Below the pieces are notes generated by a model. That model did no database searches. It worked only from the letters and a program-made list of their open reading frames with translations, and was not told the origin of the DNA. Position numbers and translations under genes: made by a program. From a virus (Duplodnaviria; Heunggongvirae; Uroviricota; Caudoviricetes; Ackermannviridae), in the IMG/VR virus record IMGVR_UViG_2974515140_000001, positions 31,280 to 95,279 of that record: a stretch of DNA of 64,000 nucleotides; one strand, given 5' to 3'. Below, piece by piece: positions 9,181-19,153 of this stretch (position 1 is its first letter; every line of letters starts with the position of its first letter).

Positions 9181-9879
9181 TCAATGTCTAGCGGGGAGAA
9201 CTCCCACTGGTTCGATACCTTCCATCACCAGGGAGTTCACCCCAACATCACTCATTCGAATCCATACTTTACCGCCTGGTCTTATTTCATAGATGTTCAT
9301 TTCATTACCCACAGCAGATCCATTAACGAAAACACCCTGAGTGGCAATTCGTATCGGAGATTTGGTGTTATTAACTATCTGAAATGATATTGCAACGTCT
9401 CTGGTGATTTCTACGTCCCTTGCTTGAGTATTCCTTCTGAGTTTGTCAAAGAAAGAAGGGTTGAAAGTCGCTATGATGCTATTATTCTGAGAGTAATAAA
9501 TACTTGCGGATAGATATGGGATCTTTCCTTCGTCACCTTTCCTCAATAGGGGAATCGTGGTTTTCCAGTATGGTCTCAGTGACTGGTTGTTATCATCAAA
9601 ACAACCAACAGCTTGAAGAGTCTGGAAATTCTGAAAATCAGATACTACTTGATTCAGAATATTTTTATTGCATTTATCAATGTCGGCTGAGATGTTAACA
9701 GGTATGGTTCTGATTTCAGGATCCCAGAGGTCGGTTACAGAAATGACGGACGTGACAAAGATACGGCAACTTGTGAGTGCAAGCACCATTATCATCGTCA
9801 TGATCCATTTTCTGAATCCGCGTATCAGGAACACTAAAACGTTCTCCACAGCAAAGGTGCTAACATGACAGGTGTACAA
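9181..9879 (-). CDS. putative lipoprotein (minus strand)
   Basis: MTMIMVLALTSC reads as a signal peptide plus lipobox. Oriented against the flanking + genes. Confidence 0.4.
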   Translation of the reverse strand: MYTCHVSTFAVENVLVFLIRGFRKWIMTMIMVLALTSCRIFVTSVISVTDLWDPEIRTIPVNISADIDKCNKNILNQVVSDFQNFQTLQAVGCFDDNNQSLRPYWKTTIPLLRKGDEGKIPYLSASIYYSQNNSIIATFNPSFFDKLRRNTQARDVEITRDVAISFQIVNNTKSPIRIATQGVFVNGSAVGNEMNIYEIRPGGKVWIRMSDVGVNSLVMEGIEPVGVLPARH

Positions 9880-10362
9880 TTCAAAAACGAAAATCCTAAT
9901 TTCGCGGCTTCCGATAAATGGCGCTTAACTATCGGAGACCTAATATTGCTCACTCGTTCAATACATGACTTCAGTATTCCTGGAGTGTATTCTGAAGGTA
10001 TCGAGGGTCCATCCCCTGGCGATGTGCTCAACTCCATACCTTCAGAACGTCTCACGTATGACCCCATCGTATTTACGTTCGTTATCGATGAGAGTTGGTA
10101 CAACTGGGAACAGATTTACAATTGGATTGCGTCCAATGCTGGATCTGATTTAGCTGTTAGCCGTGACATCACCATCGACCTTCTTGATAACATGAATCGA
10201 CCTGTTGGTCTACAATTGTTGTTGGAAGAAGCCCGTCCCACAGCTTTGGATAACGTATTGGTGGATGTGGATGCTGCAGTTCCCCAACTGGTCACGACTG
10301 TTACGTTCAAATATTTGAAACTGACTCCGACTCGCGTCTCCCGCGAAATTGATAAACAATAA
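9865..10362 (+). CDS. hypothetical protein
   Basis: 165-aa ORF. Confidence 0.4.
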   Translation: MTGVQFKNENPNFAASDKWRLTIGDLILLTRSIHDFSIPGVYSEGIEGPSPGDVLNSIPSERLTYDPIVFTFVIDESWYNWEQIYNWIASNAGSDLAVSRDITIDLLDNMNRPVGLQLLLEEARPTALDNVLVDVDAAVPQLVTTVTFKYLKLTPTRVSREIDKQ

Positions 10363-10400
10363 GTTATAATACAGAGAGTTGAAACAGCAGGGAATAAATC

Positions 10401-10856
10401 ATGAGCGAAACAAAACTTGAAACGATGAAAACCGAAGATATAATGGCAGAATTGGAGCCTCTTATTTCGGTAAATCCTGAAGACATGAACTTAGACCAAA
10501 TGTCATTGAAAATTGGTCGTTCGTGGATGACTGTGCAACGCCATTATATTCGTGAAGGAAGATATCTGGAGTATCTAACTGGCAAATTCCGCCAAATAGA
10601 TCTCTATTTACGCCGATTTTATGCAGGGGAATTGCCGCCCAACGTTTATGTTGAACGCCCATTAAAAGTTCGACCCCTGAAATCTGATATAGACGTATGG
10701 GTAAAAGCAGATGATGATTATATCGAATTGTCTAGCATGCTTCAAGAGCAGAAAGCCAAAGTCAAGTTCATCGAAAGTTGCTTAGATCGTTTGAACAAAC
10801 TCGGATATGAAGTGAAGAATGCTATTGATTGGCGAAAATATTTGGATGGGATGTAA
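10401..10856 (+). CDS. hypothetical protein
   Basis: 151-aa ORF with aataaatcATG RBS. Confidence 0.45.
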   Translation: MSETKLETMKTEDIMAELEPLISVNPEDMNLDQMSLKIGRSWMTVQRHYIREGRYLEYLTGKFRQIDLYLRRFYAGELPPNVYVERPLKVRPLKSDIDVWVKADDDYIELSSMLQEQKAKVKFIESCLDRLNKLGYEVKNAIDWRKYLDGM

Positions 10857-11602
10857 TGGTTTCTCTACAGGCTTTGCGCAAACTTAATGACTTTGAAAAT
10901 CGTCATCATACATTTCAGCAATATTCCTTGCCGTTTAAGGAACTGACTTGCGTAACTACCGAAAATGGTCGTCACTATGTTTCCCCCACTGGAGTCAAAC
11001 TAACTTCAGTGACGACCATGTTAGGGCGTACTGGTGACCACACATGGTTAGAAGCCTGGCGGGACAAGTTGGGGCATGAAGCTGCTGATATAGAAACACA
11101 TCGTTGCGCAGACCGTGGGGAAAAACTTCATTTGGCTTGTGAGTTGTATCTCAAAAACAGACCAATGAAAGAAGTTCTGGAAGCTGCAGGGGAATACGTG
11201 TTTATGTTCAAACAGGTTTTCCCCTACCTTAACAAAATGAGCAAGATATATGCACAAGAGATTCCATTATATAGCGAAGTCCTGGGTCTTGCTGGTCGTG
11301 TTGACCTCATCGGGGTTTACGAAGGAATTCCAAGCATAATCGATTTCAAAACATCCAACACCCTAAAAACTCGAAGCATGATAGAAGATTATAGTATTCA
11401 ATTGTGTCTATACTCAGTCATGTTTCAACAAATGTTTAATGTCAAGATAGAGCGTTTAATCAATATTATATCCAACGAAAATGCCCTTGTTCCCACCATA
11501 ATCGAATTCGATCGCAAAGACGTTATTTCTAAAATGTTTGACCGTGTCCGTCTGTATCACAAAATGGATAAAGAACAGAAAGGAATCTGGGCGGATCGCT
11601 AA
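10856..11602 (+). CDS. PD-(D/E)xK exonuclease (RecB/YqaJ/Cas4-like nuclease fold)
   Basis: GRVDLIGVYEGIPSIIDFKTS fits the D..(D/E)xK active-site pattern. Start overlaps the previous stop (TAATG). Confidence 0.5.
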   Translation: MVSLQALRKLNDFENRHHTFQQYSLPFKELTCVTTENGRHYVSPTGVKLTSVTTMLGRTGDHTWLEAWRDKLGHEAADIETHRCADRGEKLHLACELYLKNRPMKEVLEAAGEYVFMFKQVFPYLNKMSKIYAQEIPLYSEVLGLAGRVDLIGVYEGIPSIIDFKTSNTLKTRSMIEDYSIQLCLYSVMFQQMFNVKIERLINIISNENALVPTIIEFDRKDVISKMFDRVRLYHKMDKEQKGIWADR

Positions 11603-11631
11603 ATACTCCATAATATTGGGGGAAATTAGTG

Positions 11632-13131
11632 ATGTCTGAGATCCAAATAGTCAAAGTGAACGAAGTTAGAATGCGGATCCTTGCCGAGGATTATATCCGT
11701 GAAGAACTCAACGATTACTTCAAATTTGAAGATCCTAATTTCCAACCGAATCCGTTCAGTAAATGGGACGGCGTAGTGCGGCTGTTCACAAAGAGTTCTG
11801 GGCTTATCGACATCGGCCTGTTATTTGAGGTGTTCAAATTCTGTAAGATGAACGGTTACACCATCAAATTAGATCCGGCCTTAAAATATATTCAAGATAT
11901 TCCGGATGAAGAAATTCATGCGTTCATCGATACATTGAATGCGGTGTACCGAGACGAAAACAAACAATATCAAAAAGCGATTGTCCGCGATTATCAATTT
12001 GATTCCGTTGCCACAGCAATACGCCAAAGCAGATGTGTCCTCGAAGCTGCCACGAGTGCTGGCAAATCCTTTATTTTGTACATCATGGCGCGTTACTACA
12101 GGCAACGCAGAGATGCCCTCGAAAGTAATCTGAGGACGTTAATCGTTGTACCATCCATTCATTTGGTGACTCAGTTGTATGACAACTTCGAAGAATATAG
12201 CCACGGGACAGAATGGAAGCCATTGATGAACGTCCAGACAATATACGAAGGGGCAACGAAAGAGATTTTCAAACCCATAGTTATTTCAACTTGGCAAGGT
12301 ATCCAGAACCAACCCAAAGAGTGGTTCCATCAATTTGGAGATATCGTCGTTGACGAAGTACATACATCAAAATCAGATAAATTGTCTTACATCTTGAACA
12401 ACTGTATTAACGCTGATCAGCGTTTGGGAGTAACCGGAACCCTGGCGAATACAAAGGTCGCAGGGTTACAAGTCGTTGCTCACTTTGGTGCATATCATAA
12501 AATTATTACAGCGCGCGATTTAATCGATCTAGGATATGCGGCAGACATCAATGTTAATATGATTGAAGTCATACATCCTATGGCAGACTGTATTGAAATG
12601 CACGGTGCTGAGTATCAAAAGGAAATAGAATTTCTCATTGCTAACGAACGCCGCAATGAATTGATAGCCCGAATGGCTCTATCTTTGAAAGGGAACGTCG
12701 CAGTCATGTTCGAACGTATCGATGCACACATGATGTTGGTTTATGAAATGCTATCGGCAGTCAAGAAAAACGTATTCGTCATCAACGGGGAAGTCAAGAC
12801 AGAAGTTCGTAAACAGATTCAAGCTGCTATGGAAGAAGGGGAAGATATAACACTGTTGGCATCATATGGTACTATGCAACAGGGCGTATCTATCAAAAAA
12901 CTCCATCATTTGATATTGGCCCATCCCAGCAAATCTTATATCCGTGTTATACAGACATTGGGGCGTTTGATGCGCCAGCATTCCTCTAAGGATGTTGCGC
13001 GAATCTGGGACCTGGTAGACAACCTGCGTTACAACGGTTCCTACAACCATGCTCTCAGGCATTCTCATGAGAGATATAAATTTTATCTTATGGAGCGCCA
13101 CCCTGTTAAAATGAAAAAAGTGGCGCTCTAA
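11632..13131 (+). CDS. uvsW: UvsW RNA-DNA and DNA-DNA helicase
   Basis: SF2 helicase motifs, Walker A ATSAGKSF and a DEVH-type box. Same domain architecture as T4 UvsW. Confidence 0.8.
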   Translation: MSEIQIVKVNEVRMRILAEDYIREELNDYFKFEDPNFQPNPFSKWDGVVRLFTKSSGLIDIGLLFEVFKFCKMNGYTIKLDPALKYIQDIPDEEIHAFIDTLNAVYRDENKQYQKAIVRDYQFDSVATAIRQSRCVLEAATSAGKSFILYIMARYYRQRRDALESNLRTLIVVPSIHLVTQLYDNFEEYSHGTEWKPLMNVQTIYEGATKEIFKPIVISTWQGIQNQPKEWFHQFGDIVVDEVHTSKSDKLSYILNNCINADQRLGVTGTLANTKVAGLQVVAHFGAYHKIITARDLIDLGYAADINVNMIEVIHPMADCIEMHGAEYQKEIEFLIANERRNELIARMALSLKGNVAVMFERIDAHMMLVYEMLSAVKKNVFVINGEVKTEVRKQIQAAMEEGEDITLLASYGTMQQGVSIKKLHHLILAHPSKSYIRVIQTLGRLMRQHSSKDVARIWDLVDNLRYNGSYNHALRHSHERYKFYLMERHPVKMKKVAL

Positions 13132-13136
13132 CCATT

Positions 13137-13502
13137 TCAAATATCTTGATTCACATAGGCGGGGGTTGCCTCGCCTTCTTTGTTGGAACCAAATAAACAG
13201 TCGATCGTGCCAATACATTGTTGTAGCACTTTCGGCTCAAGAATCTGAGAAAACAATTCTTCATTAGATGCCAGCAATGGAACAACTTTCACTTCCCGCG
13301 CCTGGCCTTGTTGAATAATGCCAACATACAGACCTTTGTTATTTGGGAGTAATGGTATCACCAACATCGGTGACACAATAAACCCCGATGTACAGAAAAG
13401 GCTTTGTAAATAAACGCCTTTTAATGACGAACGTTGTTCTGATATGGAAAGAATTGCTTCTTGGTCTTCCCCTACTGCGTATAAACCAACAAATTGCTTC
13501 AT
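13137..13502 (-). CDS. hypothetical protein (minus strand)
   Basis: 121-aa ORF convergent with uvsW. Confidence 0.35.
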   Translation of the reverse strand: MKQFVGLYAVGEDQEAILSISEQRSSLKGVYLQSLFCTSGFIVSPMLVIPLLPNNKGLYVGIIQQGQAREVKVVPLLASNEELFSQILEPKVLQQCIGTIDCLFGSNKEGEATPAYVNQDI

Positions 13503-13712
13503 ATATTATTTCTCACGTGTTAGCAAACTTGGCTACATAATAATGTCATGCTCTGTTTAGACCAAATAAAATATTTTACTTGTTGAATAAAAATCGCTTT
13601 CTTGTTGAACAATCCGTGCGTAATATACGAGTTGTGAGCTTTGCGAGCAACGAGTATTATCACGAGCGAAGCGAGTAGACTGATAAAGAAAGGTTTTATT
13701 AAAACAGAATAT

Positions 13713-13720
13713 TATAAATG
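13713..13720 (+). promoter_or_regulatory. late-promoter-like TATAAATG next to a palindrome
   Basis: Lies in the 340-bp gap upstream of gene 45, which in T4 also has a late promoter. One mismatch to consensus. Confidence 0.25.
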
Positions 13721-13841
13721 CCGTCAGGCATTTATTTATCGCGCGTAGGGCAATTTATCACTTGTTCTATAACTACAAACACGCGATACTAATTTGCGTC
13801 AAATATGACTTGAACCCCACTATATTTTGAGGATACAACTA

Positions 13842-14510
13842 ATGCAAGAGATCACTCTCTCCGAACGCACTTTACAACTGCTGGCTAACTTTGAAACCAT
13901 CTGCCCCTCTATCGTTTTGGCACCTGGTAAAAAGTTGCGCACTGTTAACGATTCCAGTACAGTTATCGCTATTGCCGACATCGACGAAGACTTCCCGTTC
14001 GAATTCCCGATTCTGGATCTGACCAAATTGCTGGCAATCCAGCGTCTGCCGAGTTTTAAAGGCGGTAAAATTGAAATGTCGGAAGACCACATTTTGCTGA
14101 AAGGTGAAAACTCCCAACTGCAATTCTGGCGTTCCGCTAAAGAACTGACTGTCGTTCCGGCAGACAGCATCGATCTTCCGTCTGTAGAATTTGAAGCAAC
14201 AGTCACTCCTGAAAAAATGAAAGAGCTGACCCGCGCCTGTTCTACTCTGGGCCACAAAACTGTACGTCTGGTTGCCAGCGGCGGTAAAACTCGTCTGGTG
14301 GGCACGACCACTACTATCGACAATTCCAACGATTACACTGTTGAGTTGGGTGAAACAACTCTGGGTGATTTTGCTATGCCTGTTGATGTGGTCAACCTGA
14401 AAATGATCGAAGGCAACTATGTGATCCGCGCCTGTGCCGAAATGCAACTGGTTAACTTCCAATCCGCAGATGGCACCATCAACTATTACGTCGGCATGCA
14501 GCTGGATTAA
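13842..14510 (+). CDS. 45: sliding clamp gp45
   Basis: About 223 aa, aligns with the T4 gp45 fold. ATG with RBS gagga. The track's TTG start at 13827 is less likely. Confidence 0.8.
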   Translation: MQEITLSERTLQLLANFETICPSIVLAPGKKLRTVNDSSTVIAIADIDEDFPFEFPILDLTKLLAIQRLPSFKGGKIEMSEDHILLKGENSQLQFWRSAKELTVVPADSIDLPSVEFEATVTPEKMKELTRACSTLGHKTVRLVASGGKTRLVGTTTTIDNSNDYTVELGETTLGDFAMPVDVVNLKMIEGNYVIRACAEMQLVNFQSADGTINYYVGMQLD

Positions 14511-14539
14511 TCAATAACGATTCGGCGCTTTATTATCGG

Positions 14540-14563
14540 TGGCGGGGTTTCCCCGCCCTTTGA
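14540..14563 (+). terminator. rho-independent terminator
   Basis: Hairpin ggcggggtttccccgcc followed by a T-rich tail. Confidence 0.5.
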
Positions 14564-14587
14564 AACGTTTTATCTAAAGAGGCTGCA

Positions 14588-15577
14588 ATGTCTAACATCA
14601 CTATCGTCACAGATCAATACGCGTGGGAAAACAAATATCGTCCTGACAATCTGGATGAGATCGTCCTCCCTTCAGACGTCCGTGCAAAAATCCATGGCTA
14701 TGTTACATCAGGCAATGGAAACATCCCCTCAATGCTGTTCTATTCCCCTCAGCCTGGTACGGGCAAGACTACTTCTGCTCTGGCTGTTTGCAACGAAATC
14801 GGTTGTATCAAACCGTTGATGATCAATGCGTCACTGGATAACAGCATTGATGTCATCCGTGACCGTGTTATTCAATACGCAACTGGCGTCAGTGTTTTCG
14901 GTGGCCGCAAAGTCGTTATCCTCGACGAAGTTGAGAGACTTTCCATGGCGGCGCAGGAATCCCTGAAAGGCATCGTAGAGAAAGTCTCCAAAAACTGCTC
15001 CTTCATCCTGACGACTAATGCGAAACAGCGCGTTAACGAACCTCTGCGTTCCCGCTGTCGTGAAATTGATTTTATCTGGTCTGAAAAGGAAGCAGATGAA
15101 GTTAAACTTCAATTCATGCGTCGTTGCGCAACTATCCTGACAGAGGAAGGCATTCCGTATGAAGCTGGTGTAATTGCTTCCATTGTGAAATCATATTTCC
15201 CAGATAATCGCAAAATTATGGGAACTCTTCAGGATAATGCCACCACGTTTGGTAAAATCGATGAACGCGCTCTGGCACAGGTTAAAGCAGGGGAATTCCA
15301 AGCGTTGGTGGATTTCCTAAAAACCAATGATTGGGCTGGGATGAAGCAGTGGGTGACCGACAACCAAAACTACATCACTGAAGATTTTTATTCCCGTTTC
15401 TTCCATTTCTGCGTTCCCCAGAACAAGGAAAAGACTCCTTTGATTCAAAACGAGTCAATCCCTGATCTGGTATGCGTCTGTGGTCAGTCTCAGATCGAAC
15501 ATCGTTCCGTCGGCGACGTCTGGTTACACGGCGTTTACTTCTTGACTAACGTCATGCTCAACATCAAATGGAAGTAA
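14588..15577 (+). CDS. 44: clamp loader large subunit gp44
   Basis: AAA+ Walker A SPQPGTGKTT (T4 gp44 has SPSPGTGKTT) and DE box ILDEVE. Confidence 0.85.
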   Translation: MSNITIVTDQYAWENKYRPDNLDEIVLPSDVRAKIHGYVTSGNGNIPSMLFYSPQPGTGKTTSALAVCNEIGCIKPLMINASLDNSIDVIRDRVIQYATGVSVFGGRKVVILDEVERLSMAAQESLKGIVEKVSKNCSFILTTNAKQRVNEPLRSRCREIDFIWSEKEADEVKLQFMRRCATILTEEGIPYEAGVIASIVKSYFPDNRKIMGTLQDNATTFGKIDERALAQVKAGEFQALVDFLKTNDWAGMKQWVTDNQNYITEDFYSRFFHFCVPQNKEKTPLIQNESIPDLVCVCGQSQIEHRSVGDVWLHGVYFLTNVMLNIKWK

Positions 15578-15581
15578 TATT

Positions 15582-16004
15582 ATGGCCGCTCCGTCACTGT
15601 TCGATTACCTCGGTGCGTTGAATAGCACCAAAGAGAATCTGTTGTTGACCGAAGACCCCGAAATCAGAAAGGCTTTTGATCCTTTCATGACTCGGCGCGG
15701 CCTTGCTCAGAGTAAAGACACGCTTGTGGTTGCTGAACAAATGAACCGCTTCCATGCCATTACTCCTTGGATGCAATGGAACCTGGCGTTTCATAGCATT
15801 CCGGCAAAACGTCGCTATGACAAGTGGTCTAAGAAGGGAGCTATGGATCCTGATGTGAAATTGATTTCTGAGTATTATTACATCAGTCCTGAAAAGGCTT
15901 CAGAATATGTTCGATTCCTGCCGAAAGAAGTCCTGGCTGAAATCAAGGCGAAGGTCGAACGTTCCAACAGCAACGAAAAAGCCAAACCGCGCAAGGCTAA
16001 GTAA
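15582..16004 (+). CDS. 62: clamp loader small subunit gp62
   Basis: Position and size fit the 45-44-62-regA cluster. Confidence 0.6.
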   Translation: MAAPSLFDYLGALNSTKENLLLTEDPEIRKAFDPFMTRRGLAQSKDTLVVAEQMNRFHAITPWMQWNLAFHSIPAKRRYDKWSKKGAMDPDVKLISEYYYISPEKASEYVRFLPKEVLAEIKAKVERSNSNEKAKPRKAK

Positions 16005-16033
16005 TTCAAATAATTGTTAAAGGGGTATGAGTC

Positions 16034-16498
16034 ATGGCGCGTAATACGCTGGACATCTTAAAACTTTCAGCTGTCAACGATGAGGCCAGCATTGTTGACT
16101 GTATGGTTGAAGTTCAATTGAACCAAGACAAACCAGGGATTTTCCTGGGTATCAAGGAAACGCTGAGTCGGATAGGGGTTAACACTCGTCAAGAGCCTAA
16201 CACCTTGTATCAAACGTGCCATATCCTGCATAAATTTGGCAGATATCACATCGTGCATTTCAAGCATTTGTTCATGCTAGATGGGCACTACAACGGCTTT
16301 ACGCGTGAAGATGTCCTGCGCATGAATCGGATTATACGGCTTCTGGAGCAATGGAATATGGTTAAGATCTTGCATCCGGAACAAATAACCGAAGTGGCTG
16401 ACATGTCTCGGATCAAAGTTGTAAAACATGACCAAGTTTCTGAGTGGAAACTGGTTCCAAAATACACCATTCGCCCAAGTCGGGCAAAAAGCGAATAA
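16034..16498 (+). CDS. regA: translational repressor RegA
   Basis: LYQTCHILHKFGRYHIVHFKHLFMLDG and the C-terminal EWKLVPKYTI match T4 RegA. Confidence 0.85.
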   Translation: MARNTLDILKLSAVNDEASIVDCMVEVQLNQDKPGIFLGIKETLSRIGVNTRQEPNTLYQTCHILHKFGRYHIVHFKHLFMLDGHYNGFTREDVLRMNRIIRLLEQWNMVKILHPEQITEVADMSRIKVVKHDQVSEWKLVPKYTIRPSRAKSE

Positions 16499-16513
16499 CT
16501 GGAGTCGCTATAT

Positions 16514-17378
16514 TATGACAACTACATTTAATAAAAACGTGAGATTGAATTTGGCTTTTGGTAATGCGGCTGGAGATATTACAGCCCCTGACTTCGGTAA
16601 AATTCGCAATCAGGCCAAACTGGTTCTGGAAGAGACCCGCGAATTACTGGAAGCGGCTTATTTCGATCATGACATCAAACTTGAGCTGGTGGCAACTCCA
16701 AAAGAAGACACCGATGATGTTGATATGGATAAAATCCTGAAAGCCATCATGGACGCTCAGGGTGATATCACAACTGTTAATGACGGCGTGGCCCATATCG
16801 CTGGTTTTAATGGTGATGAATGTTTACAACGTGTGTTTGCCTCTAACATGAGCAAATTTATTCGCTCAGAAGATGAAGTCGGTCCGGCACTGGAATATTA
16901 TTATTCACGCGGTTTCCCAGATGGCCAGTTACGCGTTGAAGGTGAATTCCCTCAGGCATGCATCAAAGTGAATGAGACTGTGATGTGGAATGGCAAAGAA
17001 TATCCGAAAGGAAAATTCCTGAAAAACATGGCTGTGTTCAAAGAGCCTGATTTCTCTGATATGCTGACGAATACCCCTTCCCGTCAGATCAATGACATCG
17101 TTGCCAGCATGGCAATTGAAGAAGGTCAGGTATTTGTTGATGATCTGAACGGCGTGGCGTTGGTATCTCCAAAAACGTTGGAAGTAATTCTTTCTATGGC
17201 AGTTGAAAAATCTTCTCGACCCGTAGATGTTAACGGCCAAATTGAAAGTTATGTGCCAGCGTATATCATTAACGATACCAATATGCCTAAGCTGTGTGGG
17301 GTGTGGGGTGCTAATGTTCGTGTATACGCGTGCGCACCTGTTCAAAACACTGTGACACACCTCTCTCGCTTCGATTAA
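16514..17378 (+). CDS. hypothetical protein (possible MazG-like all-alpha NTP pyrophosphohydrolase N-domain)
   Basis: EETRELLEA helix motif. Occupies the slot where T4 has gene 43. Weak. Confidence 0.3.
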
Positions 17379-17401
17379 TATAATCCGTTATTCACTAAAC
17401 A

Positions 17402-17430
17402 ACAGAGGCTATAATGGCCTCTGTTTTTGT
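17402..17430 (+). terminator. rho-independent terminator
   Basis: cagaggctataatggcctctg followed by ttttt. Confidence 0.6.
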
Positions 17431-17447
17431 ATTCTAGAGAGGATACC

Positions 17448-18653
17448 ATGAAAGATAAACCACATGACATCCCATATTGCGGTGTCCGTGAAACCAAAAT
17501 CAAATCAGCCCATCCTATGTTAAGTTCATTCCACCGCCAGCTGGCATATGAATGGATGAGGGATCGTTATGCGATACATGTCAAGAAGGACGTGCAATGC
17601 CTTCCAGCGCCATGGACGGATAATCCGGTATTACGCCAAGTCAAGTTTTGTAACGTGCGGAGAGAGCACGATAGGCAGTCTCGAAATTTGATCAATAATA
17701 TCATCCTCGATCAGGATCTCACGCTATCTGACAAAATGTTCAACTGTGTATTGTTCCGCATGTACAACATGTGGGAACCTATACAGGCTTTGGGTGGTCC
17801 ATGGACGATCGAAGAATTCGGAAACATAAATCTTGAATGGTGTCGAGATGTTCTTCAGGAATTCGAATCTAAAGGTGGCAAAGTTTTCACCAATGCGTTT
17901 AATACAGGCGGTCTGAAACAATGCCTGGCTTTCCCTGAACTAGTTGTCAACCACAAGGAGCAACGCTTTGGCGGCATGAAGGTAAAAGTCCATCGGGTTG
18001 GCGGTGTTATAGATGAAATGGATTACAAGGTTGCCAAGAAGCTGGCCGAAGATAATCCTGGTGAATACAAAATAGAAGGCTGGGAACCATACATGCCGAT
18101 GCGAGTCATCCGCTCTTTGAAGGCATTCGTCAACAAACACCCTCATTACTTTGATCGCCTCAGGGAATTTAGCCGTCCCGACTCTGTTTACCAGGCGATG
18201 TATGACGACATTGAGGGGCTTGGACCATTCTTGGCATACCAGATTTGGGTTGATTTTACATACATCGATGAATATCCATTCAGTGAAAACCACTTCACTA
18301 TCGCTGGTCCAGGTTGCCGTGCTGGTATCGATCTGTTATTTTTGGACAAGGACGGCATGACGCATGAAGAATGCATATTCTGGGTTCGTGATCATCAAGA
18401 TCAATTGTTCGCTCAGTACGGGTATAAACGTAATGAATTTTGGTCGGCAGAAGAACCGGAAGACCGTTGCATGAATGTTATGCAGTTGGAGAACATGTTC
18501 TGTGAACTTCAGAAATATACCCGCTGCGTTGAGGCGGTGATGCGCGGGGAGAAACCTCGAGGAAAGGTGGGGTATAATGGTGGTGAAGTTAATCAGCCAT
18601 TACAGAAGACTCCCGTTCGTTCTATTAATCTGTTAGAGAAGATGAAAAAATGA
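17448..18653 (+). CDS. hypothetical 401-aa protein
   Basis: RBS gagagga. No recognisable catalytic motif. Confidence 0.45.
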   Translation: MKDKPHDIPYCGVRETKIKSAHPMLSSFHRQLAYEWMRDRYAIHVKKDVQCLPAPWTDNPVLRQVKFCNVRREHDRQSRNLINNIILDQDLTLSDKMFNCVLFRMYNMWEPIQALGGPWTIEEFGNINLEWCRDVLQEFESKGGKVFTNAFNTGGLKQCLAFPELVVNHKEQRFGGMKVKVHRVGGVIDEMDYKVAKKLAEDNPGEYKIEGWEPYMPMRVIRSLKAFVNKHPHYFDRLREFSRPDSVYQAMYDDIEGLGPFLAYQIWVDFTYIDEYPFSENHFTIAGPGCRAGIDLLFLDKDGMTHEECIFWVRDHQDQLFAQYGYKRNEFWSAEEPEDRCMNVMQLENMFCELQKYTRCVEAVMRGEKPRGKVGYNGGEVNQPLQKTPVRSINLLEKMKK

Positions 18654-19057
18654 AACCCGTAAAACATCATCGTTCATGGAAAGTATGCCCAGCGTGTTCA
18701 AGTCGGGCGACAAAATTGTTCAACATGAATACTGGGAAATATGAATGTCAAGTCTGTCGGCATCATTATGATGATCCAAAATGTCGATCTTTGGTCGACA
18801 AAATTTATAAATTTATCATTTTGTTGGGTAATTGCGAGCAATATCAATATACCGTGTATGGTGATAGTTTAAGCCAGATCGATAAACATCTTTTGAAATT
18901 GATTTCGAAATACGATAAAGAAAGCAAGCGCCCTGTGCGCGTTGTGAGTACTCCAAAGGGTTATCCAAAGGGAACAAGATCAGTTACGGTTGTTGGTTAC
19001 ATCAGTTATGACGGGAAACGGTTCAGAAGTATTCGAGTAAACATGATTCCCGTTTAA
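18650..19057 (+). CDS. zinc-ribbon protein
   Basis: CPAC...CQVC N-terminal ribbon. ATGA overlap with the previous gene. Confidence 0.45.
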   Translation: MKPVKHHRSWKVCPACSSRATKLFNMNTGKYECQVCRHHYDDPKCRSLVDKIYKFIILLGNCEQYQYTVYGDSLSQIDKHLLKLISKYDKESKRPVRVVSTPKGYPKGTRSVTVVGYISYDGKRFRSIRVNMIPV

Positions 19058-19153
19058 ACTTTTCAATAAATCTTTTCAGCGTATATTGACCTCACTTTAA
19101 CGACGCGCCCCGATAAGGGCGCTCACTTTGAACTGAAACAGGAAGACTATACC

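Noticed and set aside
9245-9265. tRNA-like TTCGAATCC (T-loop-like) string
   Set aside because: No acceptor stem or anticodon arm can be built around it, and it lies inside a coding ORF. It is not a tRNA. No other tRNA-like cloverleaf was seen.
13490-13520. MotA-box-like TTGCTTCA at the 5' end of the 13137..13502 minus gene
   Set aside because: It sits at the wrong distance from any -10 element and is on the strand opposite to the gene it abuts. Not called as a middle promoter.
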